A DNA stretch of 64,000 nt from positions 5,407 through 69,406 of the forward strand of contig CAYRXT010000007.1 of NCBI GenBank assembly GCA_964428315.1, written 5' to 3'. This document shows positions 17,460-27,238 of the stretch, in pieces (within the stretch, counting starts at the first letter, position 1; each line of letters begins with the position of its first letter). The DNA is from an uncultured Planctomycetales bacterium (GTDB lineage Bacteria > Omnitrophota > Gorgyraeia > Zapsychrales > CAYRXT01). The notes beneath the pieces were generated by a model that was given only the letters and a program-made list of their open reading frames with translations, was not told the DNA's origin and did not search any database. The translations under genes were made by a program, and so were the position numbers.

Positions 17460-18908
17460 CTATTGAAAAAAATTGCAGTTGAGTTCTCTCGCGGCCCTGA
17501 CCTCGTCGGGTCTGTAGACGGGCGTGGTCATTGGCTTTTTCTGAAAATAGGCGGGATCCGCCTCGGTCTTCCGGGCGGCCTCGATCATGGCGTCGATAAA
17601 AGAGTCCATGGTCTCTTTGGATTCCGTCTCCGTCGGTTCGATCATGATGGCCTCCTTGACGATCAGGGGGAAATAGACCGTCGGCGGATGCATATTGCCG
17701 TCGATGAGGAACTTGGCGATATCCTGGGCGTGGACTCCCGATTTGGCCTGCCGGGAAGCCGAAAGAACGCACTCGTGCATGCACCGACGGTCAAAGGCGG
17801 GGGGGAAATCTTGTTTCAGTTTGGCCAATATATAATTCGCATTCAGGACGGCATGACCGGCGGTATCGCACAGCCCTTCTTTGCCCAAGAGCAGGATGTA
17901 GGCGAAGGCCCTGAGGATGACGCCGAAATTGCCGTAAAAAGAGGCGATGTAACCGACCGACTGTGGATAATCATAATTCAGGTAATACGTCCCGTCATCC
18001 CTTTTAACGACGCGCGAAACGGGCAGGAAAGGAGATAGGTTTTTTTTAACGCCCACCGGGCCGGCGCCCGGGCCACCCCCCCCGTGCGGGGTGGCGAAGG
18101 TCTTATGCAGATTGACGTGGACGATATCGAAACCGATATCCCCCGGACGGCACCGTCCCAGGATAGCATTGAGATTGGCCCCGTCGTAATACATCAGACC
18201 GTCAACGTCATGCACCGCCCGGGCAACGAGATCGATCTCGGAATTAAAGATACCGAGGGTGTTCGGACAGGTGAGCATCACTCCGGCCAGTTCGCCGGTG
18301 ATCTTTTCTTTCAAACGGGAAAGATCCATGACACCGCGATCATCGGTCGGCACGCAAACGATATCATAGCCCGCGATCGCCGCCGAGGCGGGGTTCGTGC
18401 CGTGCGCCGAATCAGGCACGATGATGAATTTCTTCCTGTTATTTTTCGATTGGTGGTAGGCCGCCATCAGCATCACGCCGGTCAGTTCCCCGTGGGCGCC
18501 GGCCAGAGGCTGCATCGTGAAATCGTCCATGCCGCAGATCTCGCAAAGCAGACGGTCCATGGCATAGAGAACCTCCAGGGCGCCCTGGGTGAATCTTTCT
18601 CCCGACTTCAGCTGGGGCAGCAACGGGTGCAGGTCGCAAAAACCCGTCATCGCCGCGGCCTTTTCGGCCATGCGCGGGTTGTATTTCATTGTGCATGAGC
18701 CCAGCGGGTAAAACTGGGTGTCCACCGAATAGTTAAGCTGGGATAAACGGGTGAAATGGCGTACGGCATCAAGTTCCGTCAACCTCGGCCAGCGGCAGGC
18801 TTCTTGACGTTCCAGATCCTTGGGAACCTTCGCCCGGACCGGCACATCGGATTTCGGCAGTTTTAAACCCCGTCGCAGCGGGGTGTCTTGTTCGAATATT
18901 AATTGCAT
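17460..18908 (-). CDS. gcvPB: Glycine dehydrogenase subunit 2
   Basis: YPLGSCTMKYNP, AHGTNPASA and NLHKTFATPHGGGGPG (PLP lysine). Confidence 0.96.
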   Translation of the reverse strand: MQLIFEQDTPLRRGLKLPKSDVPVRAKVPKDLERQEACRWPRLTELDAVRHFTRLSQLNYSVDTQFYPLGSCTMKYNPRMAEKAAAMTGFCDLHPLLPQLKSGERFTQGALEVLYAMDRLLCEICGMDDFTMQPLAGAHGELTGVMLMAAYHQSKNNRKKFIIVPDSAHGTNPASAAIAGYDIVCVPTDDRGVMDLSRLKEKITGELAGVMLTCPNTLGIFNSEIDLVARAVHDVDGLMYYDGANLNAILGRCRPGDIGFDIVHVNLHKTFATPHGGGGPGAGPVGVKKNLSPFLPVSRVVKRDDGTYYLNYDYPQSVGYIASFYGNFGVILRAFAYILLLGKEGLCDTAGHAVLNANYILAKLKQDFPPAFDRRCMHECVLSASRQAKSGVHAQDIAKFLIDGNMHPPTVYFPLIVKEAIMIEPTETESKETMDSFIDAMIEAARKTEADPAYFQKKPMTTPVYRPDEVRAARELNCNFFQ

Positions 18909-19035
18909 TGTTAGTATACTCTGCGTTTTAAGTCTTCAGTGTTGAGTGATAAATTATGAATGGCGCCAAACCGTCATCTTCTTTCTTTGCTCCTTGACTC
19001 TTGTTCACTTAACACTCGACATCTGACACTGACAG

Positions 19036-20382
19036 TTAACACGTCTTCTGCAAGACTTCTCTCAAACATCCCGCGTACCCGTCGATCTCTTCTTTCGTAC
19101 GTTTTTCCGTCACGGCGACCAGGAGATACCGTTCCATTCCCTTATAATAACGGCCCAGGGGAAAGCCCGCCGCAAATCCCTTGTCGATCATGGCCTCGGC
19201 CACGCGCGAGGCGTCCGCGGGCAGGGACAGAGTGAACTCGTTGAACGTCGGGGAACTGCGTTTGACTTCCACGCCCTCGATCTTCTCGATGATCTGCCGG
19301 GCATATTCGGCCTTGTCGAGATTCAACTGGGCGAGCTCCCTTAATCCGTCCTGCCCGATAAGGGACATGAACATGAGCGAACGAATGGCGCACAGAGAGA
19401 CATTGGTACAGATATTGGACGTGGCCTTTTCGCGACGGATATGCTGTTCTCTCGCCTGGAGGGTGTTCACAAAACACTGCCGTCCGAGCCGGTCAACGGT
19501 CTTCCCGACGATACGGCCAGGCATCTTGCGGACAAATTTTTCCCGGGACGCCATGAGTCCGAGATACGGACCCCCGAAACTGAGCGAAAGGCCCAGGCTC
19601 TGCCCCTCTCCGGTAACGATATCCGCGCCCATCTCGCCCGGCGTCTTAATCAACCCGAGGGATACAGGATATACGCTCATGATCGCCAGGATCCCCAGGC
19701 TATGGGCCCTGGCGATGATGTCGCTGTGATCGTCGATCACGCCGAAAAAGTTCGGATTCTGCAGGATGACGGCGGCCGTCTTTTCATCCATTTGTTCATA
19801 CAGCCGTTCCCGGTCGCAACGGCCGTGGACGACCTCCGTTTCGGCAAATTGGATCTTGAGATTGCTCGTGTAGGTCTTGAGGATCTTCCGGTAGATGGGG
19901 CTGACACCCCCGTCCATGAGGACCGAGTCTCTGCCGGTCAGCCGGATTGCCATCATCATGGCTTCATAAAGCGCCGCGCCTCCGTCGTAAAGGGACGCGT
20001 TGGCGACCTCCATGCCGGTCAGCGTGCATATCGCGCTTTGATATTCATAGAGGGCCTGGAGGGTGCCCTGGGCACATTCAGGCTGATAAGGTGTATAGGC
20101 TGTGAGGTATTCTCCCCGGGCGATCAGGGCCTCGACGGCTGCGGGGACGTAATGGTCGTAATAGCCGCCTCCTATAAACAGCTTAAGACGGGAGGCGTTT
20201 TTCCCGGCGAGCGCGCGCAGTCGTTCCAGGACCTCGAATTCGCTCAATCCCTCAGGAAGCGCGAAGGACCGCGGTTTGTGCCGGTCAAGGATATCGGCGA
20301 AAAGGTCATCGACAGTCCTGGCGCCGATGACATCAAGCATCTCTTGAATGTCCTGGGGAGTATTGGCTATGTAAGGATTCAA
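19036..20382 (-). CDS. gcvPA: Glycine dehydrogenase subunit 1
   Basis: TAYTPYQPE, NASLYDG and REQHIRREKATSNICT. Confidence 0.96.
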   Translation of the reverse strand: MNPYIANTPQDIQEMLDVIGARTVDDLFADILDRHKPRSFALPEGLSEFEVLERLRALAGKNASRLKLFIGGGYYDHYVPAAVEALIARGEYLTAYTPYQPECAQGTLQALYEYQSAICTLTGMEVANASLYDGGAALYEAMMMAIRLTGRDSVLMDGGVSPIYRKILKTYTSNLKIQFAETEVVHGRCDRERLYEQMDEKTAAVILQNPNFFGVIDDHSDIIARAHSLGILAIMSVYPVSLGLIKTPGEMGADIVTGEGQSLGLSLSFGGPYLGLMASREKFVRKMPGRIVGKTVDRLGRQCFVNTLQAREQHIRREKATSNICTNVSLCAIRSLMFMSLIGQDGLRELAQLNLDKAEYARQIIEKIEGVEVKRSSPTFNEFTLSLPADASRVAEAMIDKGFAAGFPLGRYYKGMERYLLVAVTEKRTKEEIDGYAGCLREVLQKTC

Positions 20383-20425
20383 TCCGAGTTCCTGTTATTC
20401 TGATAGGAATGGAAAAAGGCGGCGC

Positions 20426-20839
20426 TTATTCGTCCTCCGGATTTTTATCTCCGGAATCAAGGCTTTCGAGAAAACGCTCGTACTCTTCGGAGGTCATCAG
20501 GCTGGACCGCTCCTCCAAATCGTCGACTTCAAGCTTGGCGATCCATCCGTTATCGTAGGGTGACTGATTGATCAGTTCCGGCGAAGTCTCCAGATCCCCG
20601 TTGATCTCGGTGATCTTGCCGGATAAAGGCGAGTAGATGTCGCTGGCCGCTTTAACCGATTCAACGGAAGCGATCTGTTCGAACTGATCCAGCTCCGTTC
20701 CTGGAGACGGGAGATCGATGTACGTGATATCGCCGAGCGACTGCTGGGCGTAGTCCGTTATGCCTATGGTCGCTTTGTTCCCTTCCACGCGGACCCATTC
20801 GTGTTCCTTGGTGTAAAGTAAATCGCCTAATACTTCCAT
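20426..20839 (-). CDS. gcvH: Glycine cleavage system H protein
   Basis: YTKEHEW, GITDYAQ and ESVKAASD (lipoyl lysine). Start ATG 20839. Confidence 0.96.
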   Translation of the reverse strand: MEVLGDLLYTKEHEWVRVEGNKATIGITDYAQQSLGDITYIDLPSPGTELDQFEQIASVESVKAASDIYSPLSGKITEINGDLETSPELINQSPYDNGWIAKLEVDDLEERSSLMTSEEYERFLESLDSGDKNPEDE

Positions 20840-20950
20840 GCTGACTCCTTGCGGTGCTTTTTTCACAAACATGCCTGCCGCTCATTGACCGGCATTAAAC
20901 CTTAGAGTTCAAATCCCTGCAGATTACTTTAATCAAAATCATTCCATTCG

Positions 20951-22054
20951 TCAATATCTCAATGAACCTTTTGAATAAACCGGCCGCTTCACAATCTCGG
21001 CCGCAACGGTCCTTTCGGGTGTTCCGAAATAGAACGTCTTCTTTTGTGCCGTATAATCTTTCCGGATACGACCCAGCCCCATCCCCCGTCTGCTGTGGGG
21101 AGAAAATCCGCCGCTGGTGACCACCCCGACAACCCGTTTTTCCTCATCCAGAAGATTCTGCCCGTGTCGCGGAGACTGGCGTGTACGCGAAATAAAACAA
21201 ACAGAACGATAAGGCACGCCGTTCTGCTTTTGTCTCACCAGGGCGTCCCTGCCGAGCACGTCTTTTTCAAGGTCCACAAACTTGGAAAGACCTGTCTCAA
21301 AAGGCGTCGTTGTTTCATCCATATCGTTCCCGTAAAGCGGATAACCCATTTCCAGACGAAGGGCGTCCCGGGCGCCCAGCCCGGCGGGTTCGACCGGATC
21401 CAACCTCAGGCAGTCGTTCCAAAGTCGGTCGACGCATTGAGAGGAACAAAAAAGCTCATACCCCAGCTCGCCGGTATACCCCGTCCGGCTGACGAGAATT
21501 TTTTCACCCCTATATTCAAAGTCATCAAACGTATAATAACCCAGTTTCCCGATCCCGGGCATCAAGCGTTCCAGCACCGAGCGCGCCAGCGGCCCCTGGA
21601 GGTCGATCTTGCCCAGCCGGCCTGTCGCATTCTCCAGCGCCGAAGGATTCGCAAGATTCCTGCGGAGATGTGCTTCGTCCTTCTCGATTGTCCCCCCGTT
21701 GGCTACGATCAACCATTCCTCGTGATCCCGCCGAAAAACAATGCAATCGTCGACGACACCTCCCTGTTCGTTAAGCATCATGCCGTATCGGCATGTCTTC
21801 AAAGGCATATCGTTGAGCCGGCAGGTCACGACCCGGTCAAGTCCGCTGCCCCCGGAATCCCCCCTGACGATGAACTCGCTCATATGGCAGGTATCGAAAA
21901 GTGAGGCGCAACGCCTTGTATGGTCATATTCGGCGATGATGCCCCTGTATTGCACAGGCATAAGCCAACCGCCGAAAGCGATCATACGCGCCCCCAGTGC
22001 TAGGTGCTGGTCATAAAGCGGCGTCTTCCTCAATTGTGCGGCTGTCTTTGTCAT
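20951..22054 (-). CDS. gcvT: Aminomethyltransferase (glycine cleavage T protein)
   Basis: KTPLYD, FGGWLMPVQY, SRTGYTGELGYE and GLGARDALRLEMG. Confidence 0.96.
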   Translation of the reverse strand: MTKTAAQLRKTPLYDQHLALGARMIAFGGWLMPVQYRGIIAEYDHTRRCASLFDTCHMSEFIVRGDSGGSGLDRVVTCRLNDMPLKTCRYGMMLNEQGGVVDDCIVFRRDHEEWLIVANGGTIEKDEAHLRRNLANPSALENATGRLGKIDLQGPLARSVLERLMPGIGKLGYYTFDDFEYRGEKILVSRTGYTGELGYELFCSSQCVDRLWNDCLRLDPVEPAGLGARDALRLEMGYPLYGNDMDETTTPFETGLSKFVDLEKDVLGRDALVRQKQNGVPYRSVCFISRTRQSPRHGQNLLDEEKRVVGVVTSGGFSPHSRRGMGLGRIRKDYTAQKKTFYFGTPERTVAAEIVKRPVYSKGSLRY

Positions 22055-22146
22055 TCGTGCAGTCAACTCCTGATCGTTTCGGCCATATATTATATAAAGC
22101 CTCCTGTGTTGTAAAGCAAATTATCGCAAAGAAGCTCTCTTTTGGA

Positions 22147-24294
22147 TTATTCTTGCGGCCGGGGCAATTGCACCCGGTAAAAGTGTTCGTTGTCCGCCCT
22201 CCCCGTGCGATAAACCGTCACAAAATAATAGCCCGTGTCCAGTTTCAAAGGCGGTTCAAAGACAAATTGCACCCGGCCTCCTTTTGCCTCCGGAGACAGG
22301 GATGCGCTTTCAAGCGGCAGGGAGCGGTAATGGTCTCCGGCGGGAGTCCAGGCCGGGTCTTCGGCCGTGGCGTTGAAGACGTAGGCGACAAGAGAATCTT
22401 GGGGTTGACCGACTTTGGCGATATGCAAGGGGACGGAATAAAGACGGCGCCCCTCCTTCAGCGGAAGTAAATTGCCCCGGTAAAGATAACGCCGATGGAT
22501 GGTGCCGATATTCCTGAGGCCTTCCCTCGCAGGTTTCAGCATCTCTTCGCCTGGGGCATTGGCATGGCGGTCCGCGAAGAGCTTCCGGGCATCCAGGACA
22601 TGAACCTTCGTCCCATCCGGCGATTCATGGTCAAACTGGCCGAGGATAAGCTTCCGGTAGGAAAGGATCTCTTCCTCATGCATCCAGTAACGGCTCGAGA
22701 CGAGGGTCTTGAAAGAGGCCCGCGCGTAACCGCCTATTAAATTGTCGGCGACAAGCGCGTTGAGATAAACGTCTTCGTCAAAAGGCGCATAATCACTTGT
22801 GGCGGCAATATAAATCGAATTGCCTGAAACCGGCGGCAACAGAATGTGGCCGTCCCTCACCTCATAGACATGGCGGATGGTCTTGAACCTAATGCCTTCC
22901 GACGTCTTCGGATTAAGATATTGCGTGAAATAGGTCTTGTGGGGATGATTCGTGTGCACATAAAGCGTGTCGATACCTCTCTCTTCCAGAAAACGCGAGA
23001 GATAGGTCGTGGCCATCCGGCAGGGCATAATGTCCGTGAGAAAGATGAAAAGATTGCCGGCGCCATGGACCATGATGAAAAAGACAAGCAGGCCGATAAA
23101 AACGCGACGCGTCCATTGAGAGAGAGCCGCTCCATACTCCCGGCCGAAGTCATGCAGACCATACGCGATCAGAAGTATCATCCCAACAAGCGAAGGGAAA
23201 TAATTTCCGCCGTACTGGGCGACCTGCCGCAGTTCGGCCAGCAGGGGCGGCGAAAGGCTCAGGAGAATCATTCCCGCGGTGATCAGGCCCTGGACCGTTT
23301 TCCATTGGAAACGTTTCAGGGTTTTGATGATAAGATAAAAAAACGCCAGTCCATAAAGGGGAAAAACGACGGGCGTGATCAATCGAAAGTAGCGGATAAT
23401 CCATAATGCGCCCCCGCGCGCCCGAGAAGGGGTCTCCAGCCATTCCTGGAGCACGGGCTGATTGTAATAGAAGTGATTATAACGGCTGCTGATTTCGATA
23501 TATTCAAAAAAGCGGCGGATGTTTGAACCGATATCCGGATAGGTCAGATAAACCACCGGAATAACCGCACCCGCCAGGACGCATACCATGCCCCCTGCGG
23601 CCCTGCCGGCCAAGACTGAAATTCTCTTTTGGTCGGCCGAGCCTGCGTAGACGCTGATTCCGAAGGCCGCCACCCACAGCGGAATATAAAGCGCCGAGAC
23701 CGTGGAAGAAAACAACGCGCCGCCCAGGGCTAAACCGGAAAGAAAACAGAATAAAGCAAAGGGCCACGGCTTCTGCCCGGGGGTGCCCGCCCTTTGGGTC
23801 AGATAAACAGCCGCCAAAGACAGGAATAGCCCGAGCGGCTGATGTTTGGCAAACAATATATAGAGGTAGGGCCAAAAGGAAAAGGCAAAAAGACTAAAAC
23901 TGACCCATCCGATGAGCCTGCCCCAGTACCGGCTTGTGATCAAAAAGACGAGAACAGCTGACAAGGCCGTCGATATCAGGTCAAGGAGCAGGAACGGCCG
24001 CAGGGTCCTCGTGTCATGGATCAACCTCTGCATCCATGACGCAAAGAGAATGAACATTTCCTTGCCGTGCAGCCACCGGACCTTGTCCTGATCGAGCAGA
24101 GAATGCATCTCGGAGACATAACGGAAAGAGGGCAAACGCACCGCGACGTCAAAGAGGTAGACCTTCGTGTCGGTCGGCCAGAAATTGATATCCCAGGACG
24201 CCATCCCGATTAGGATGACTATCAGAAAGGATATGACCGCAATAATCATAAGATCTTGCTGAAAGACGGGACAAGGGGATGACGTCTTGCGCAT
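22147..24294 (-). CDS. Polytopic membrane protein, probable GT-C fold (ArnT/PMT-like) glycosyltransferase with soluble C-terminal domain
   Basis: About 10-12 hydrophobic segments, acidic residue after TM1 (WPTD), hydrophilic C-terminal third. The ORF-track start runs through the tRNA, so it was shortened. Confidence 0.6.
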   Translation of the reverse strand: MRKTSSPCPVFQQDLMIIAVISFLIVILIGMASWDINFWPTDTKVYLFDVAVRLPSFRYVSEMHSLLDQDKVRWLHGKEMFILFASWMQRLIHDTRTLRPFLLLDLISTALSAVLVFLITSRYWGRLIGWVSFSLFAFSFWPYLYILFAKHQPLGLFLSLAAVYLTQRAGTPGQKPWPFALFCFLSGLALGGALFSSTVSALYIPLWVAAFGISVYAGSADQKRISVLAGRAAGGMVCVLAGAVIPVVYLTYPDIGSNIRRFFEYIEISSRYNHFYYNQPVLQEWLETPSRARGGALWIIRYFRLITPVVFPLYGLAFFYLIIKTLKRFQWKTVQGLITAGMILLSLSPPLLAELRQVAQYGGNYFPSLVGMILLIAYGLHDFGREYGAALSQWTRRVFIGLLVFFIMVHGAGNLFIFLTDIMPCRMATTYLSRFLEERGIDTLYVHTNHPHKTYFTQYLNPKTSEGIRFKTIRHVYEVRDGHILLPPVSGNSIYIAATSDYAPFDEDVYLNALVADNLIGGYARASFKTLVSSRYWMHEEEILSYRKLILGQFDHESPDGTKVHVLDARKLFADRHANAPGEEMLKPAREGLRNIGTIHRRYLYRGNLLPLKEGRRLYSVPLHIAKVGQPQDSLVAYVFNATAEDPAWTPAGDHYRSLPLESASLSPEAKGGRVQFVFEPPLKLDTGYYFVTVYRTGRADNEHFYRVQLPRPQE

Positions 24295-24451
24295 AGCCGT
24301 TTGCGTGTGCCGTTTTGCCCGGTCCGGGAGGCCTCGCCCCCAGCACTTTTTTATGTCAAGAAATGTCAAAAGGCTTCCTTGATTGTGGCCGGGATTTCGC
24401 CTCTCCAGTTCTTTTTTAAGCCGGACGGCAGGATCCGTCCGCGGTGAACTG

Positions 24452-24525
24452 CCCGCCCGGCACGACTCGAACGTGCAACACCTAGGTCCGAAGCCTAGTG
24501 CTCTATCCAATTGAGCTACGGGCGG
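24452..24525 (-). tRNA. tRNA-Arg(TCG), CCA not encoded
   Basis: Acceptor CCGCCCG/CGGGCGG, D arm GCTC/GAGC, anticodon arm CTAGG-CTTCGGA-CCTAG, T arm GCACG-TTCGAGT-CGTGC. Confidence 0.96.
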
Positions 24526-24772
24526 TCAAATTCAATCTGACATGAGATTATTCTTATCGGGCCGACAAAAATCGTAACAGGCCGGCCCGGGCTATCCCCA
24601 TGATCTGCGGACGGTTTGATATCCAAAATCGAACGTCCGCTGGTCAGCTGTCCCGCCGCGCCGCTTTCGGAGGCGCACCGGAACCCCGCAAAGATTATAA
24701 CAACAGCACCTTATTTATCAAGCGCCGACTTGAGGCTGTTTCAGCCTTTTTCAGATAAACTCATAAAAGCAG

Positions 24773-24801
24773 TTGTCCATACAGGCGTCTTTGTTTACAA
24801 T
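24773..24801 (+). promoter_or_regulatory. Sigma70-like promoter TTGTCC-N17-TACAAT
   Basis: 17-nt spacing, upstream of AGGAGG RBS and ATG 24835. Confidence 0.55.
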
Positions 24802-24834
24802 AATTTTAATACCAGAAAAACAGGAGGATTGATT

Positions 24835-25176
24835 ATGGCGTTTAATGAAGTCATGGCCAAAATCCGTTACATGGATAACAAGATGGCCAAATGGATGCTG
24901 CGGCATTTTTACATTCTCTTTTTTGAGATCTTTCTTGTCTTTATCTTTTTTCTTCTATTCGTCAACACCCTCAAAGTCATTGATGTCTTTTCCGCCGCGA
25001 CTCACGGGTCGGTCGTCGAGAAGCTTCTGCTGACAATCAGTTTCAGCTGTCTGCTTCTCGTGCTTCTCTTTATAATGAACTCATTCTGGATGCTTTTTGT
25101 CTTCAATTCGATCCTGCGCATGCGGTCTCTCATGCGTGAAATGAATTTCAATATCCTTAAACGCCGGAAGGCGTGA
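24835..25176 (+). CDS. Hypothetical two-TM membrane protein (113 aa)
   Basis: AGGAGG RBS, two long hydrophobic helices; convergent with ftsA. Confidence 0.8.
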   Translation: MAFNEVMAKIRYMDNKMAKWMLRHFYILFFEIFLVFIFFLLFVNTLKVIDVFSAATHGSVVEKLLLTISFSCLLLVLLFIMNSFWMLFVFNSILRMRSLMREMNFNILKRRKA

Positions 25177-25221
25177 GGGCCCGGCGCGATCAATGCCTGG
25201 CGTCCCTCCCGGTGAACGTCC

Positions 25222-26448
25222 TTAAAAATATTCCTGGTAAAGCTCCTGTACGCGTTCGAGGATCTTCCGGGATAAGGCGAGTTTATTTGAGCCCCCTCCG
25301 CCGATGACATCTGAATCCCGGCAGGCCGCCTGGGCCAGTCCCACCGCCGCCGCGTAAACGGCGGGTCTGTTCAGCCGGTTCAATTCGATATTGACCTTGC
25401 CAAGCCGGACTTCAAAGGGAAACCTCTCCTCGATATATTCTATGAAACCCGGCAGCAGGCAACTGCCTCCGGATACCACCATCCCCGCATTGAGCATGCG
25501 CAGAAGCGATGGATCCTCCAGCGCCTTCTGTATACGGTCGACCAGCGCGCTGACCTGCGGGCGTATAGCCCGGTTGATGACTGTCCTGGATAGAGGTTTA
25601 TACGTCTTCTCCTGTTTGACCAGAATGTCTTCATGCCGCTCTTCCCCGTGATCCTTCGCTTCCCCGTACGACTGCTTGATGTCCTCGGCAAGATCAAAAG
25701 GAAGTCCCAATTCCTTTACGATCGCTTCGGTGATGTGATCCCCGCCCATCGGAAGGATGACCGCCCGGCGAAGTCGTTCATCCTTATAAACGATCAGAGA
25801 AGTTACAGATGCGCCGATATCGACAAACACACATCCCGCCATCCGGTTTTTTTCCGAAAGTGAGGCCTCGGCCGCCGCATAGCTTGAGAAAAAGACATGC
25901 TCAGCCTCAAAACCCGCCTGATTGACCGCCTTAATAAAATTCTTTTTAAGATTGGACTTAACCAGTACCATCAAACATTGGGTCTCGAGCCGCCGGCCGT
26001 GCAAGCCGACGGGGTGGATCGCCTCGGTCGTATCGTCGATCAAATAATACTGCGGAAAGGCGTGCAGGACGTCCTCATCCGTCTTTAGTCCCAGAAGACA
26101 CGTCTGTTTATGGATACGCCGGACATCGCCGGTTGTGATCACTTTCGAGCCCCGGTCAAGGAGAGGGATGATCGTTCCGCTCACCCGCGTTTGCACCAAA
26201 GGTCCGGCCATGCCGAGTTGGACATCCTTAATCTTGCGTCCGATCTTCTTGGAAAGACTTTTCAACGTCTGATGGATATTGTCGGAAAAGTCATTCAGAT
26301 CGCGTATGGCGTTGTCCTCCAGGCAGACGCCGGGGGATTCATGGACTCCAATCAGTTGCGGGCCGCCTCGTTTTTTCTGCACTACGGCACCGGCCTTGAT
26401 CTTCCGGGAACCGATATCCAGCCCAACGTGAATGCGTTCACCGATCAT
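25222..26448 (-). CDS. ftsA: Cell division protein FtsA
   Basis: GLDIGS, VDIGAS..S, GGDHIT, AEDIK and SGGSCLL; follows ftsQ. Confidence 0.92.
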   Translation of the reverse strand: MIGERIHVGLDIGSRKIKAGAVVQKKRGGPQLIGVHESPGVCLEDNAIRDLNDFSDNIHQTLKSLSKKIGRKIKDVQLGMAGPLVQTRVSGTIIPLLDRGSKVITTGDVRRIHKQTCLLGLKTDEDVLHAFPQYYLIDDTTEAIHPVGLHGRRLETQCLMVLVKSNLKKNFIKAVNQAGFEAEHVFFSSYAAAEASLSEKNRMAGCVFVDIGASVTSLIVYKDERLRRAVILPMGGDHITEAIVKELGLPFDLAEDIKQSYGEAKDHGEERHEDILVKQEKTYKPLSRTVINRAIRPQVSALVDRIQKALEDPSLLRMLNAGMVVSGGSCLLPGFIEYIEERFPFEVRLGKVNIELNRLNRPAVYAAAVGLAQAACRDSDVIGGGGSNKLALSRKILERVQELYQEYF

Positions 26449-27238
26449 TTTTTTTGCCTATGGGTTGATTAAAGCGCAGATCGATGGATTCTATTTCCCC
26501 GGCATCCACCCTGGCACGCGAAAGGACCTGCCCCAATTTATTCAGTTTGTCCGGTATACTTTCCGCATCCAGCAACACCTTCAAACCGTTGGAAAGAAAA
26601 AGCCGGATCTGAGAAAGCCGGGACATGTCGAGTTCGAGGATCCGGTAATCAGACAAAAGCGGTTCCCTGGCAAACGCCCGGATAAGATGCACGGCAACAC
26701 GCAAAGGTCCGTTGGAAACTCTTCTGCCTTTCTCAACGGGGATCCGTCCGATATCCAATCCGGTCACCAGAGGCAGAGACGAATCCGTAGCGGCCGATGT
26801 ATCCAGTGCCACCATTTCCGCATCCATTGTGATATGGTATCCCCTGATCCTGGCTTGGAGGAAAGGTTTCCTCTCTTTTGCCTGGATCCATAATGTGTCC
26901 GGAAATTGCTTTATCACCTGCAACTGGAAGAGCTGGGGATGCCCGGATTTCAACTGTTGACGGACGGCCTTCACGTCAATGGAAAAGAGGCTCTTGCCCT
27001 TAAGCCCTTCCAGTCTCTCGATATGCCGTGGAGAAATAGATGCCGGATAGATAATTCTTTTAGCGGTGAAATAATCCGACTCTTTCATGCCCGCGACCAA
27101 CTTCTCAATGGTCAAAAAGAGCGCAAAAAAAACGAAGAGAAACAGCACGGCATTCCTTATCCATTTTACGGATATCCGTGATGTGTTGCGGGCAGAGGTC
27201 CTAGAAGACCCTTTGCGCGTATTTTTCTTTTTTGCCAT
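26438..27238 (-). CDS. ftsQ: Cell division protein FtsQ/DivIB
   Basis: One TM segment, POTRA region (KQFPDTLWIQAKERKP), C-terminal IDLRF. Confidence 0.88.
   Translation of the reverse strand: MAKKKNTRKGSSRTSARNTSRISVKWIRNAVLFLFVFFALFLTIEKLVAGMKESDYFTAKRIIYPASISPRHIERLEGLKGKSLFSIDVKAVRQQLKSGHPQLFQLQVIKQFPDTLWIQAKERKPFLQARIRGYHITMDAEMVALDTSAATDSSLPLVTGLDIGRIPVEKGRRVSNGPLRVAVHLIRAFAREPLLSDYRILELDMSRLSQIRLFLSNGLKVLLDAESIPDKLNKLGQVLSRARVDAGEIESIDLRFNQPIGKKNDR

Noticed and set aside
20895-20925. tRNA-like GTTCAAATCC fragment between gcvT and gcvH
   Set aside because: The T stem is mismatched and no cloverleaf forms.
22067-22146. Glycine riboswitch upstream of gcvT
   Set aside because: The spacer is only ~80-90 nt and lacks the aptamer signature; it looks like a plain promoter.
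24295-24510. N-terminal extension of the 787-aa ORF
   Set aside because: It runs through the tRNA-Arg gene; the real start is downstream.
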